This document shows, piece after piece, positions 53,245 through 63,467 of a DNA stretch of 64,000 nt; position 1 is the stretch's first letter, and every line of letters begins with the position of its first letter. The DNA is from an uncultured Methanomicrobiales archaeon (GTDB lineage: Archaea; Halobacteriota; Methanomicrobia; Methanomicrobiales; Methanospirillaceae). Both the position numbers and the translations under genes were made by a program. The stretch lies in the NCBI GenBank assembly GCA_963758915.1, contig CAVWXH010000009.1, forward strand, positions 1 to 64,000, read 5' to 3'. The notes below the pieces were generated by a model. It searched no databases and had not been told where the DNA came from. It saw nothing but the letters and a program-made list of their open reading frames with translations.

Positions 53245-54957
53245 TTATACGAAGAAAAACGGGAGTCCGAATGTATTTTCGAAAAGGTCAGCCCTGATCC
53301 CTGCTTGTTCCTTTTCGGGACTGACATTGTAAGACGAAGTGATAATACATTCAATACTCTCAGGCCGGATTGAACACTGCACCGATTCCACAGTGCCCTG
53401 GTGCCGGAAGTCAAGACCATCAGCAATCCGGAGGAGCGCTGAAAGTACAATCGTCCGCTGCTGATCATCGGGTGAGAGGATAGAAAAAAGGTCAAACTCC
53501 GAAGGCTGTTTCTTTCCCCGGTGACTACGTGCAACAAGGCTGATGATGGAGCGTTCGGCAACACCGAACGGGATTGACTCATCTGCAAGGATGAGTGCTC
53601 CGCTCCGCTCGCCATGTCCTTTTTTTCCTGATTTCCAGCCAATGTCATGGAGCATCCCCGCACATTCCAGGAGAAAACGGGAACGCTCACTCATCTGGTG
53701 AAGCGGCATCAGATCATCAAATAGTGCAAGCGCCATTTCCGTAACACGGCGGGCGTGAACCAGTCCTTCCGGGTAGACCATGGCTAGTTGCAGGACTGCC
53801 AGGCGCGAAAATTCGATATCTGCGTTTTTAGGGAGATACTGGTTTTTTACACTACCTGCCACCACCCTTCGGAGGTCATCCCATGTACCGGAACGAACGA
53901 GCGTGTCCCAGTACCGTACAAATTTACGGTAGAGTACCGTCCTTTCTCTCTCCCGGTTCGCCAGGAATAATTTCAGACCGGTAATTTCTGTTGATGAAGG
54001 CCTGTTCGATTCAGTAACCGGACGAAGCCTGGCGCGCTCTTTTAACAGGGTGCGTGTAACCATGTCTATCCATACGTCACAATCGTGGAGACTGCCGAGC
54101 ATCTCCTGGAGACTTGCGACCCTCCTGATGGGTTTTCTTAACCCAAGCCGGTATAGCTGCGCGTACACTTCCATCGTGTAACGGAGTTTCTTTGATGCGA
54201 TCCTCATCGCATGGTGCTCTGCGATGGCATCAGGGTGACGTACCCAGGACGCAAAGGAGAGCAGAACAGCGATTTGTCGTCCGATGTGGTCAGCTGCTAC
54301 CGGGGGGATACCGGTTAAGGACGGCTTCTTTCGTACTGAACCGGACCGATCAATCAGGGACTGGACTGTTCCCTGCATGGCAGGGAGTTCCTGCCGCTTT
54401 TCGAGGCGTTCAACTGATGCAATAACATCTTTTTGTAACGATATCCGCTGCTTTTTCAGGTCAGACATGAGGTAGTCAATACCGAGGACCAGCGGTGATC
54501 CGGGGCCCGGGTCCCCTCCTGCCTGTGATTTCTGGTGTGCCAGCGTCCGCTTCCGGAATTTTTTTAGGAACACGATCTGGACATCAGTATCCCGTGCATC
54601 GCCAAGCACCCGGGTAACCTGCCGGACTTCATCCAGCCAGGTATCATATTTCTTTTCAGGAAGGCACGATTCAAAAAGTGGCATTGCAGCCCGCAGACGC
54701 CGGCTCGCAACCCTCATGCGGTGGATGCACTCGATGTCCTCTGCCTCTTTTACCCCTTGCGTTTCTGCTGCCAGGGCATCGATCTTGGGGGCCAGCTGGT
54801 ATGCGCCATAGAGGCACATCCCCCGCACCCGGACTGGCAGAATACTTTTCACCACCTCAGCCGGGTCACCGGATGGTACCTTAATTAAATCAATATCCCG
54901 GGGAGTAATGGGAGAGCGCTCAGCAGGTTTTGCATTGCCAGGTTGGGGTGGTGACAC
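53245..54957 (-). CDS. CHAD domain + Ppx/GppA-type HD domain fusion protein
   Basis: IHRMRVASRRLR and HAMRIASKKLRY (CHAD); MLHDIG and LLRIADGLD (HD). Confidence 0.88.
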   Translation of the reverse strand: MSPPQPGNAKPAERSPITPRDIDLIKVPSGDPAEVVKSILPVRVRGMCLYGAYQLAPKIDALAAETQGVKEAEDIECIHRMRVASRRLRAAMPLFESCLPEKKYDTWLDEVRQVTRVLGDARDTDVQIVFLKKFRKRTLAHQKSQAGGDPGPGSPLVLGIDYLMSDLKKQRISLQKDVIASVERLEKRQELPAMQGTVQSLIDRSGSVRKKPSLTGIPPVAADHIGRQIAVLLSFASWVRHPDAIAEHHAMRIASKKLRYTMEVYAQLYRLGLRKPIRRVASLQEMLGSLHDCDVWIDMVTRTLLKERARLRPVTESNRPSSTEITGLKLFLANRERERTVLYRKFVRYWDTLVRSGTWDDLRRVVAGSVKNQYLPKNADIEFSRLAVLQLAMVYPEGLVHARRVTEMALALFDDLMPLHQMSERSRFLLECAGMLHDIGWKSGKKGHGERSGALILADESIPFGVAERSIISLVARSHRGKKQPSEFDLFSILSPDDQQRTIVLSALLRIADGLDFRHQGTVESVQCSIRPESIECIITSSYNVSPEKEQAGIRADLFENTFGLPFFFV

Positions 54958-55180
54958 AGGTAGTCAGGATAACCATTTGCTCTGCATATATTTGTGTTTA
55001 TTTTATCCCTGAAGGGTCCGGCTAACGGGGCGTCACTGCCAATTTTGAATAGGTAATGGAAAACATGTCAGATAACTGTACAATCAGGCAGGACGCAGGA
55101 TTCAATAGCAATGGACTGAATTACCAGTTTTTTTACCTTTATTAGCATAGGTTATTATTTCCAGACATTCTTTTTCTGGT

Positions 55181-55531
55181 ATGGACATTCCCTTGTTCAC
55201 CGATATAGTCCGGATATTTACATATTTTTTTGGCATTGTAGGGGCTGCAATTATTATCTTTGGCGGGATCGGGGCGACGGTGAACATCATCCTCCTCGAG
55301 ACAAGGAAGAAAAAGGTAACATACAACGCGATAAGGGCAGATTTAACAGGAAAAATTGTATTCGGCCTCGATTTTTTCATCGCGGGCGATGTCCTCACCA
55401 CGGTCCTCAACCCATCCACGAGTGACCTGTTTACACTCGGGGCTGTGGTCGTTATCCGGACAATCCTCGGATATTTCCTGTCAAAAGAAAATATCTCGCT
55501 GGAGCCTGTAATTACTCCCGGAACTCAGTAA
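55181..55531 (+). CDS. DUF1622 membrane protein
   Basis: GLDFFIAGDVLTT and IRTILGYFL motifs. Confidence 0.85.
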   Translation: MDIPLFTDIVRIFTYFFGIVGAAIIIFGGIGATVNIILLETRKKKVTYNAIRADLTGKIVFGLDFFIAGDVLTTVLNPSTSDLFTLGAVVVIRTILGYFLSKENISLEPVITPGTQ

Positions 55532-55749
55532 TTACGGCTTTTTTCCGGTAGGATTATAACTTTTTCACCAACGTTGCAGGTGAAAAAATGGACATTTCAT
55601 ATTTTCATCGGTTCGTTGTCATACCGTTAGGCTTCTGGGATGTTTCTCTTTAGAAACGGTGGGAATCGTACAGCATTATCCTTCATTTACATTCCCCCTG
55701 ATAGAAAAGATATATTAAACAACGGGATGAAATGTCGTTAACGATTGTC

Positions 55750-56244
55750 ATGTTCTGCCCGGGTTGTGGAGAGAAAAATGATGATACGACAACCTGCTGC
55801 ACAAAATGCGGGTTGGACCTCGCCCGACTCAGATTAGTGCTGGCAGAAGACGCCAAGGACTCCTGCAGTGCAGGCAGGGGGGATACCACGCCTGTCGGAC
55901 CCATTCTTTCCGGGGACAGCAGTATAACAGATAATGTAACGGCCGATCCTCTGCCAGCAGGTGCCGGGGGTACTGCATCTCCTGACCCTGCAGTTTTTGA
56001 TATAACAGACCCTGTTCAATTAAAAGAACGTGGAAATGAGTTATTTCGGCAGGAAAAATTTCTGGACGCACTGGATTGTTATGAAAAGGCACTTGCCATT
56101 GACCAGTTCTACACAGAGGCCTGGTTTAATAAATCAATGGTCTTAAAAAAAATTGGTCGTACTGACCAGTCAAAAGTATGCTGGGGGATCTATAAACGGC
56201 TCAGTTCGGGTGCACCTGAATCACAAAAAAACAGGCAGGACTGA
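55750..56244 (+). CDS. Zinc-ribbon + TPR protein
   Basis: FCPGCG..CTKCG; LKERGNELF..ALDCYEKAL..AWFNK. Confidence 0.8.
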   Translation: MFCPGCGEKNDDTTTCCTKCGLDLARLRLVLAEDAKDSCSAGRGDTTPVGPILSGDSSITDNVTADPLPAGAGGTASPDPAVFDITDPVQLKERGNELFRQEKFLDALDCYEKALAIDQFYTEAWFNKSMVLKKIGRTDQSKVCWGIYKRLSSGAPESQKNRQD

Positions 56245-56365
56245 CAGCCCCCACATTAACAGCAGAATGTATTACCACGAAGTTGTGGCATATAACCTCG
56301 CAGTTCATTCAGCAGAAGCAATTTATTGCTTCCCGTTCCAGCCTGAGTAACAACATGATAGTGAA

Positions 56366-56797
56366 GTGGTACGAATGAAGAAACCGAAACTTATGGTTAT
56401 TGCCATGGTGCTGGGTCTTGCACTCCTTATGACACCGGTAGTCTCCGCATCCTATACCCCCTTTGGAAATAGCATGATAAAAACTGATTCTGAATTTTCC
56501 GGGGACGCCGTCCTGAATGAGACCATTGATATGAAATGGACAACGGGGATGGATACGTATGAATGGAAACAATCATCAGTGTATAAAAATACGTTGGGCC
56601 AGAAGACCCAGTCGGTCCTGAATTTCAGGCTGGAGAATGGAAGTGTCTCCTGGTTATTCCAGAGAAATGGCTTCAGTATCCCATCCCAGGCGTCGATAAA
56701 CCAGTATATGGACGATAAGACTATCACAAAACCACAATACCACCTTTCATACCCGGCGATTCCGTTTTACGCCAGGTATCAGTATGATCTGATATAA
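56366..56797 (+). CDS. Hypothetical secreted protein
   Basis: N-terminal signal peptide. Confidence 0.6.
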   Translation: MVRMKKPKLMVIAMVLGLALLMTPVVSASYTPFGNSMIKTDSEFSGDAVLNETIDMKWTTGMDTYEWKQSSVYKNTLGQKTQSVLNFRLENGSVSWLFQRNGFSIPSQASINQYMDDKTITKPQYHLSYPAIPFYARYQYDLI

Positions 56798-56888
56798 CAT
56801 CATTTTTTTAACACCTCTTGTTAGGGGAATGGTTTATAGCCAGGTTGCTTTTTTGTAATATCTCAGTTATATTACAGAACCGCCCGCC

Positions 56889-57380
56889 TTACCCCGTACC
56901 ACTCCTGCTCATGAGGGATGCCCTTACTGCCTCTGCGTGACCGTTAACCTTTACCTTACGCCAGACTTCCACGATCGTTCCGTCCGGGTTTATCAAAAAG
57001 GTATCACGTTCTGTCCCGAAGAATTCTTTTCCGAACATTACTTTGGGTTTCCATGCATCGTACGCTTTTAGCACGCGGTGGTCAGCATCACTGAGCAGTA
57101 CAACGCTCAGGTTATGCTTCTCAGTAAACCGCTGGTGACTCTCCGGGGAATCACCGCTCACACCAATGACCTGCGCACCGAGTGCCGCAAACTGTTCAAG
57201 CGCGGCGGAAAACCTGACGGCCTCAAGAGTACATCCCGGTGTATTGTCTTTTGGGTAAAAATACAGTACAACCCATTTCCCGCGAAACGTCCCAAGGCAT
57301 ACTTCTTTCCCTTCTGCACCGGGGAGACAGAAATCAGGTGCCTGCCTGTTAATGAACGCATCAATATCTTTTTTTACCAT
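56889..57380 (-). CDS. bcp: Peroxiredoxin BCP/PrxQ
   Basis: LYFYPKDNTPGCTLEA motif. Confidence 0.93.
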   Translation of the reverse strand: MVKKDIDAFINRQAPDFCLPGAEGKEVCLGTFRGKWVVLYFYPKDNTPGCTLEAVRFSAALEQFAALGAQVIGVSGDSPESHQRFTEKHNLSVVLLSDADHRVLKAYDAWKPKVMFGKEFFGTERDTFLINPDGTIVEVWRKVKVNGHAEAVRASLMSRSGTG

Positions 57381-57723
57381 TGCTACCAGCTGGGTAATAG
57401 CCCTTTTCACTATTTGAATATATGGCGGCGATAAACGGGCAGTGATGTGACATAGACAGGCCTGATGACTGCAAATGGAATTTTGAGGACGGCTAGCCGA
57501 TTTTCTTGGAATCCGCTTTGAAAATGACTGCCCCGCCCTGGTTTTCAGACCTGGAGGTTCTAATCCGGATAGGTTTTCCAATCTTCACTATTCCAATATA
57601 GTACTGGCTGAATACAATAGTACCTGCACATCCCGGAGATTCATACGTTGCCTTTAAAAAAATGGAGGGTGGGTCAGTGCTTGCGCACTATGGTGATGCG
57701 GCAACTCATATGCCCGGCAGCGA

Positions 57724-58074
57724 CTACGGTTCCATCTCATTATTCCCGAGGGTCTTTTCCCCGGTCTCTTCCCTGAAAAAGTCGACCCAGGCCTGCCGCG
57801 CTTCTTTCTGGACCTGGTTTTCCCGGAGATACCTGTAGAGGGCATATATGACAAGGAGATATGCAAGTGTCCGTATGATAATTAATGGAAGGGTGAGTGG
57901 CACCTTCAGCCCGGCCAGCGTCGCTGCGTGTGATAATCCGAAAAGACCAAACGCAATCCCTACATAGAGGGGAAGTTTCTCACCGCTCTTTTTAAAAATG
58001 AGGTACCCAAGTACCAGGATGATGATACAAAGGATCAGGTTGATAAAAATAATGGGGTCCCATTCTATTGCCAT
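57724..58074 (-). CDS. Small 3-TM membrane protein
   Basis: Three hydrophobic segments; GGTGAG upstream. Confidence 0.7.
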   Translation of the reverse strand: MAIEWDPIIFINLILCIIILVLGYLIFKKSGEKLPLYVGIAFGLFGLSHAATLAGLKVPLTLPLIIIRTLAYLLVIYALYRYLRENQVQKEARQAWVDFFREETGEKTLGNNEMEP

Positions 58075-58218
58075 ACCTTACTCACCATTGAAATAATCTA
58101 TCTGTATATAATCGTACTTTGTTATTAACCTGGAAGGTCAGAGAATTACTGTATATCCCCAATAAAAACCATGAGAGTCAGGGGGTTCGGGATTAATAAA
58201 CATATCAGGGGGCACAAA

Positions 58219-58563
58219 ATGGAAATAACGAGGATAGAAACGACCGATAGTGTTACCATGATGGAGAGAATCGATTCGGATACCGCGGGAATTCTCGAAA
58301 AAACACTTAATAATCTCGTGGCAACGGGATCAAAAACAATTATATGCGATTTTTCGGCAACCACCTATATCAGCAGTGCAGGCCTCCGGGTATTCCTCTC
58401 CATTACAAAAAAACTTGCCCAATCGCAGGGCAGGATCGTGCTCTGTTCACTCCGCCCGAACGTACATGAAGTGTTTAGAATTGCCGGATTTAACCAGATT
58501 ATTCAGATATATTCCACGCGGGAAGCGGCAATCAAAATATTGTCAGGAAGATCCGGATCCTGA
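58219..58563 (+). CDS. STAS domain protein (anti-anti-sigma factor-like)
   Basis: DFSATTYISSAGLRV and VFRIAGF motifs. Confidence 0.88.
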   Translation: MEITRIETTDSVTMMERIDSDTAGILEKTLNNLVATGSKTIICDFSATTYISSAGLRVFLSITKKLAQSQGRIVLCSLRPNVHEVFRIAGFNQIIQIYSTREAAIKILSGRSGS

Positions 58564-58973
58564 AAATACCGAACGACTGAATTCTGGTGCGGTCCGTTAA
58601 GGCGCCGTGAATAATGTGCCGGATATCCACGATCACATAGTTGGTGCATTTATCATTGCCATTGTGGTGTATATTATCCAGATTTCGGCGGAATGGACCA
58701 GGGAGTATTCAATACCTACTTCTTTACTATCGATACCTGGTGCACCTATGCACCGGGATCTTTAACGCAATCCACAGTTTTTATTAAGATGCACCACAAA
58801 TTGTTCAGAAGGTGCACCACAAGAGGATTGCACTTTCACTATGGCTGAACAATCCGGCCCACCGTCCTGAAAATCCATTAGAGATGACCAATGGTCCCAG
58901 AAATTGATCAGGGTGGTTTCACCAGGACTAATGAGGCTTTGGGTAACGGCATTCATACCAGGAGAGGACATCA

Positions 58974-59564
58974 TTGACAGAAAACAAAGAAATAGGAAGG
59001 AACGATATCTTCCTGACTGATAATACTGCTAACCCGGCACCACTCGGGCTCTGTGCATTTGGCATGACGACCTTGTTATTGAGTATTCATAATTTAGGAC
59101 TAACCACGTTATCAAGCCCGATTCTCGCCATGACGATCTTTTATGGTGGCGTCGCACAGGTCATTGCCGGCATTATGGAATGGAAAAAGAACAACACTTT
59201 CGGACTTGTTACATTCGGGAGTTTCGGGTTTTTCTGGATCTCGTTTGCCTCAATCATGATGCTCCCCGCGCTTGGGCTTTCAAAAGCACCGGGTCCTGTT
59301 GAACTCGCTACATTCCTGAGCGTCTGGGGAATCTTTGCACTGGGTCTTTTTATCTGCACCTTAAAAATGCACAAGATCCTGATGGTCACGCTCCTGGCAG
59401 TCGTGCTGCTGGTAATCCTCCTCGTCGCAGCACAGTTGACCGGCAATACACTAATCCTCCAGCTTGGTGGTGTAATGGGGATCATCGCCGGGGGTCTTGC
59501 TCTTTATATCGGAATTGGCCAGCTCGTCAATGAGGTCCATGGAACAAAAGTGTTCCCTGTCTAA
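58974..59564 (+). CDS. Acetate uptake transporter family (SatP/YaaH/GPR1)
   Basis: ANPAPLGLCAFGMTT, YGGVAQ and NTFG motifs. Confidence 0.92.
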   Translation: MTENKEIGRNDIFLTDNTANPAPLGLCAFGMTTLLLSIHNLGLTTLSSPILAMTIFYGGVAQVIAGIMEWKKNNTFGLVTFGSFGFFWISFASIMMLPALGLSKAPGPVELATFLSVWGIFALGLFICTLKMHKILMVTLLAVVLLVILLVAAQLTGNTLILQLGGVMGIIAGGLALYIGIGQLVNEVHGTKVFPV

Positions 59565-59589
59565 TCCTTTTTTTCCATACGTGCCTGAA

Positions 59590-59675
59590 CAGACCCCGTT
59601 AGAAGGAGGTTTTGAACGAGGTATTTTCAATCGTCTGCGTGCGAGCTTCCCTTTCATGTCTGTTTCAACAAAGCC
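59590..59675 (-). mobile_element. Module B fragment with perfect TIR
   Basis: TTTTGAACGAGGTATTTT...TTCATGTCTGTTTCAACAAAGCC matches the module B end. Confidence 0.65.
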
Positions 59676-59715
59676 TAAAAAAGATTTAAATTGCAGTGCG
59701 TTGCAATAACGCTCT

Positions 59716-60267
59716 ATGAAGGGAATTTTAACCGCGGGAATCATCACCTGCATGGTCCTTGCACTTATTATTGCAGGATGTACAACGAAACCATCAACTC
59801 CTGCTGCAACCACGGTTGCAACCGCTGGTGCAACGACAAATCCAACAGTAGTTCCTGCTTTGACACCGGTGCCGGTAACAGATCCATTACTTCAGGGGAA
59901 CTGGTACCTCAAACAGATGGGAGTGCAGGGTGGTACGGCACCGGTATTGATGACGAATGTCCAGATTAACATTATCTTTGATAATGCAGGGAACTTCCAG
60001 GGCACAACCGGCTGTAACAACTACCACGGCCAGTACACGCTGAGTGGCCAGCAGATGTTTAATGGTATGGGTATGACCATGGGTCCCATCGCCACTACAG
60101 GTAAATACTGTGCAGATAATGCGAACACGGAAGCAACATATTTCCAGATCCTTCAGAAGACCACCAGCTACGTTGTAAATTCAAACGGCCAGCTGACGCT
60201 TACTGACAACCTGAACAGTAACCTGGTCTACACGAAAAACCCGGCCTCCCCAATGCCGAAATTCTAA
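59716..60267 (+). CDS. META domain lipoprotein
   Basis: Lipobox IAGC; GTTGCNNYHG and IATTGKYC META motifs. Confidence 0.88.
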   Translation: MKGILTAGIITCMVLALIIAGCTTKPSTPAATTVATAGATTNPTVVPALTPVPVTDPLLQGNWYLKQMGVQGGTAPVLMTNVQINIIFDNAGNFQGTTGCNNYHGQYTLSGQQMFNGMGMTMGPIATTGKYCADNANTEATYFQILQKTTSYVVNSNGQLTLTDNLNSNLVYTKNPASPMPKF

Positions 60268-60444
60268 ACACCCTTTTTTTAACCAGAAAAGATTCCATCT
60301 TCGGGATATCCGGGATTCTTGGGTACGAAGGTAACAACGTAATTGATCCTTCTGACTGCTCACGTCCCACCTCTCATTGACTGATCCTTTCCTACGTTAG
60401 GTTCCAAAGAAGGTATCGTAAAGGAAAACCGGATTGGTACCGCT

Positions 60445-60813
60445 TTACCGTGTTTTTAATGCAGCTTCGACAGCACTGATAAGGGCGGCCTTATTGACTG
60501 GTTTTAAAATAAACCCATCAGCACCGTTATTTTGCGCTTTCCGGGCATCAATGCCTGAACTTTCTCCAGTTACGATGAGTTTTCTCATGCCAGGGTCGAT
60601 CTGGTGTATCTGCCTGACCAGTTCAGTCCCATGCATATCGGGGAGATTAAGGTCAAGGAGGCAGAGATCGTACTGGTGTAAACCGACCTTTACCAGGGCT
60701 TCTTCACCGGTGGAAGCGGTATCAACCCTGTACCCCCTGCTTTCCAGTATCAACCGGAAAATAGTCAGGATATTTTCCTCATCGTCTACAAGGAGAATTT
60801 TTGTTTCTTCCAT
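60445..60813 (-). CDS. Single-domain response regulator (REC)
   Basis: ILLVDD, LLDLNLP, T and KP motifs. Confidence 0.92.
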   Translation of the reverse strand: MEETKILLVDDEENILTIFRLILESRGYRVDTASTGEEALVKVGLHQYDLCLLDLNLPDMHGTELVRQIHQIDPGMRKLIVTGESSGIDARKAQNNGADGFILKPVNKAALISAVEAALKTR

Positions 60814-61254
60814 AGGACACGGCTCTTCCCTGTTGTCACCTGATACTATATTGTAAAACTGGATGTTACTACTACATAAAAGTATTAAAAATAACCCGGC
60901 TCTGATCCTGAATTCCGGTCATTTCAAAGGAAGGACTCTATCCGTGATTTATATTATGCCACCACCTATCCAGACTGTATTGCAGCCATAAAACGGAATT
61001 TGAGCCTTGAAATCGTTATTACTTGACCTGGGGAATTCCCGGGATTTCCATGATTACCCCCGATACCAGATCTCTTCACGGGTTTTTTTTACAAAATCGC
61101 GGACAGAGATCCTAACTGTTATTCAATAGCCACAAAAAAAAGGCAGGAGATCCGGACAAGGAGTGCTCCCACACGGATTGCTGAGTCCTTATTGAAATGT
61201 CTGTTCCCATTAAGGACAGAATCATATTCCAGTGAAGGCAATGATCATAATGAA

Positions 61255-61920
61255 ATGCCGGTCTTGGACACTTCAATTCTTGGTATATTCATATTCGGGC
61301 TTTTAGCGGGCATATGCCCCTGTAACAGCGTCCTTTGCCTGGGATTAATAGGGTATCTCAGCAGTGGAAAAACAAACCTTTCACCTGCAACAATCTTCCG
61401 GCTTGTCCTCGCATTTTCAGCCGGTACAATTCTTGTATTATTACCCCTTGGAGTAATCGCAGGGGTGTTGGGGAATTACCTGTTGTTTTTCGACAGCACG
61501 GTCGCATGGGCTTTTGGAGGGGTCCTGATGATCGCCATGGGAGTCCAGCTCCTCCACCTGTACAAACCACCAATCAGGAAAATATTTTCGTTTTTACGGG
61601 CCCCTGTATCCTACACAGTCACGGGGACCTTTCTCCTTGGCCTTTCATTCGGGGCGATAACGATCGGGCGTGGTGCGCCGATGCTGATCATCGTCCTGAC
61701 CTATATTGCCCTGTACCAGACAGCGACGCAGGGACTTATCACTATGCTGGTATACGGGATTGGTCTGAGTATCCCCCTTATTGTTATCAGCACTATTGGT
61801 GGTGCATTCGGGCAGAGAATCAAAGACTCTACCAGGTTGAGCGGAGAATTTTTCGACCGGGTTATAGGGATTTTCATAATATTTATCGGGATTTACTTCC
61901 TCTACCTTGCCTTCTTATAA
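61255..61920 (+). CDS. CcdA/DsbD-like transmembrane protein
   Basis: GLLAGICPC, YGIGLSIP, six TM segments. Confidence 0.8.
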   Translation: MPVLDTSILGIFIFGLLAGICPCNSVLCLGLIGYLSSGKTNLSPATIFRLVLAFSAGTILVLLPLGVIAGVLGNYLLFFDSTVAWAFGGVLMIAMGVQLLHLYKPPIRKIFSFLRAPVSYTVTGTFLLGLSFGAITIGRGAPMLIIVLTYIALYQTATQGLITMLVYGIGLSIPLIVISTIGGAFGQRIKDSTRLSGEFFDRVIGIFIIFIGIYFLYLAFL

Positions 61921-62037
61921 ATTATTTACCGGTACCGGTAAGGGACGGGTAAAGGGTGTAACCATTCAATGTGGTCTGGCGGGGAGCACCAAAAAATGAG
62001 TTGCTATTCTGCGGAGCACAATCAGCGCACCGGGAGA

Positions 62038-62682
62038 TCACTCGTCTTCATCCAGGGGACGATTGTGACAATCGTCCTGTCTCCTGCGATAAGCACAGGA
62101 GATAAAAACTGCACCGATCAAGAGTATTATCCCGGCTAATGGTGCAAAAGGTATAATTTTTGCAGGTGTCGGAGCAGTTGCCGGTCCGGATGACGGGTAT
62201 TGATTGTAATCGACCGTGGTTGGCGTTGCATGGATGCCAAGGGATTCAAGGTTCCGTTTTGCTTCGATATTATTGGGATTGATAAGCAGGGCCCTTTTAT
62301 ACGCAGTAATAGCAAGGTCATTCCGGTTCATCGAGATATATACCTCCCCCTTTTTCAACCATGCCTGTTCATCTTTCGGGCTGAGCTCTGTTACGCGATC
62401 GAGCGCCTGTATCGCACCTTCCTTGTCGTTTAATGCAGCACTGGCCAGTCCCTTACCGTACCAGGGCAGGGATGAATGCGGATCAAGGGCAATAGCCTTA
62501 TCAAACGAGATCAGGGCATCTTTGTACCGGGCTGCCTTATACAGGTCAAACCCTTTCGTAGTCAGGACCGTTGCATCATCACCCGGGTTGTCACTGGATG
62601 CAGATACCAATCCCGGGATAATAACGAGTGTAACAACCAGGATGAAAAATACCATGAATTTCATGTTTATGGACCGGTGCAT
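62038..62682 (-). CDS. Exported TPR protein with C-terminal TM anchor
   Basis: Signal peptide, three TPRs, TM + RRR tail. Confidence 0.8.
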   Translation of the reverse strand: MHRSINMKFMVFFILVVTLVIIPGLVSASSDNPGDDATVLTTKGFDLYKAARYKDALISFDKAIALDPHSSLPWYGKGLASAALNDKEGAIQALDRVTELSPKDEQAWLKKGEVYISMNRNDLAITAYKRALLINPNNIEAKRNLESLGIHATPTTVDYNQYPSSGPATAPTPAKIIPFAPLAGIILLIGAVFISCAYRRRQDDCHNRPLDEDE

Positions 62683-62824
62683 ACCTAGTATTTTTACCAG
62701 CGGTTTAATAATTGTTTATCCGGGAAAAGCTCCCGGTTACCCCTGGTTTCCTGCTTAACGGTACCTGCAGTCCAACTGACCACTACATTTTTTATTCTCG
62801 CATCTCCTTTCATCAAATGAAAAT

Positions 62825-63427
62825 ATGGCCTGTAATGAACAATCCTGGGAGATCCTTGACCAGATATCCGGCGAGATCATGAAATGCCGGCGGTGCCCGC
62901 TCTGGATGGAGGCTACCCATGGCGTCCCGGGAGAGGGCAGTATCTGTGCAAGGGTGATGTTTATTGGTGAGGCCCCGGGTGAACTGGAAGACTCACTTGG
63001 AAGACCTTTTGTTGGCAGGGCTGGAAAAGTCCTTGATTCCCTGCTTGCCGGGACGGGGCTCTCACGTGCCGATGTCTTTATCGCAAATATTGTGAAACAC
63101 CGCCCGCCTGGTAACCGGGACCCGCAACCCGGTGAAGTCGTCGCCTGCACCCCCTGGCTTGAGCAGCAGATCAACGCTATCCAGCCTCCGCTGCTCGTCC
63201 CGCTTGGCAGGCATGCGACCCGTTACGTACTTGGGAGAATCGGGGTGGAGTTTGTCAAGATCACGGATATTTCAGGCACCGTATTTGAAGGCGAACCATT
63301 CGGGTTCCCCCAGAAAATAATCCCGGCCCTGCACCCCGCAGCAACACTTCACAACCCACGGAGCAGGGAGCACCTGGAGGAAGATTTCAGGAGGATTCGG
63401 GATCTCCTTACGGAAATGGAACAGTGA
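62825..63427 (+). CDS. Family 4 uracil-DNA glycosylase
   Basis: CRRCPL, GEAPG..ED..GRPFVGRAG and HPAA motifs. Confidence 0.93.
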   Translation: MACNEQSWEILDQISGEIMKCRRCPLWMEATHGVPGEGSICARVMFIGEAPGELEDSLGRPFVGRAGKVLDSLLAGTGLSRADVFIANIVKHRPPGNRDPQPGEVVACTPWLEQQINAIQPPLLVPLGRHATRYVLGRIGVEFVKITDISGTVFEGEPFGFPQKIIPALHPAATLHNPRSREHLEEDFRRIRDLLTEMEQ

Positions 63428-63467
63428 ACGGTATCGTAATCAGTAGGGAATAGTAGTTGGTAAAAAA

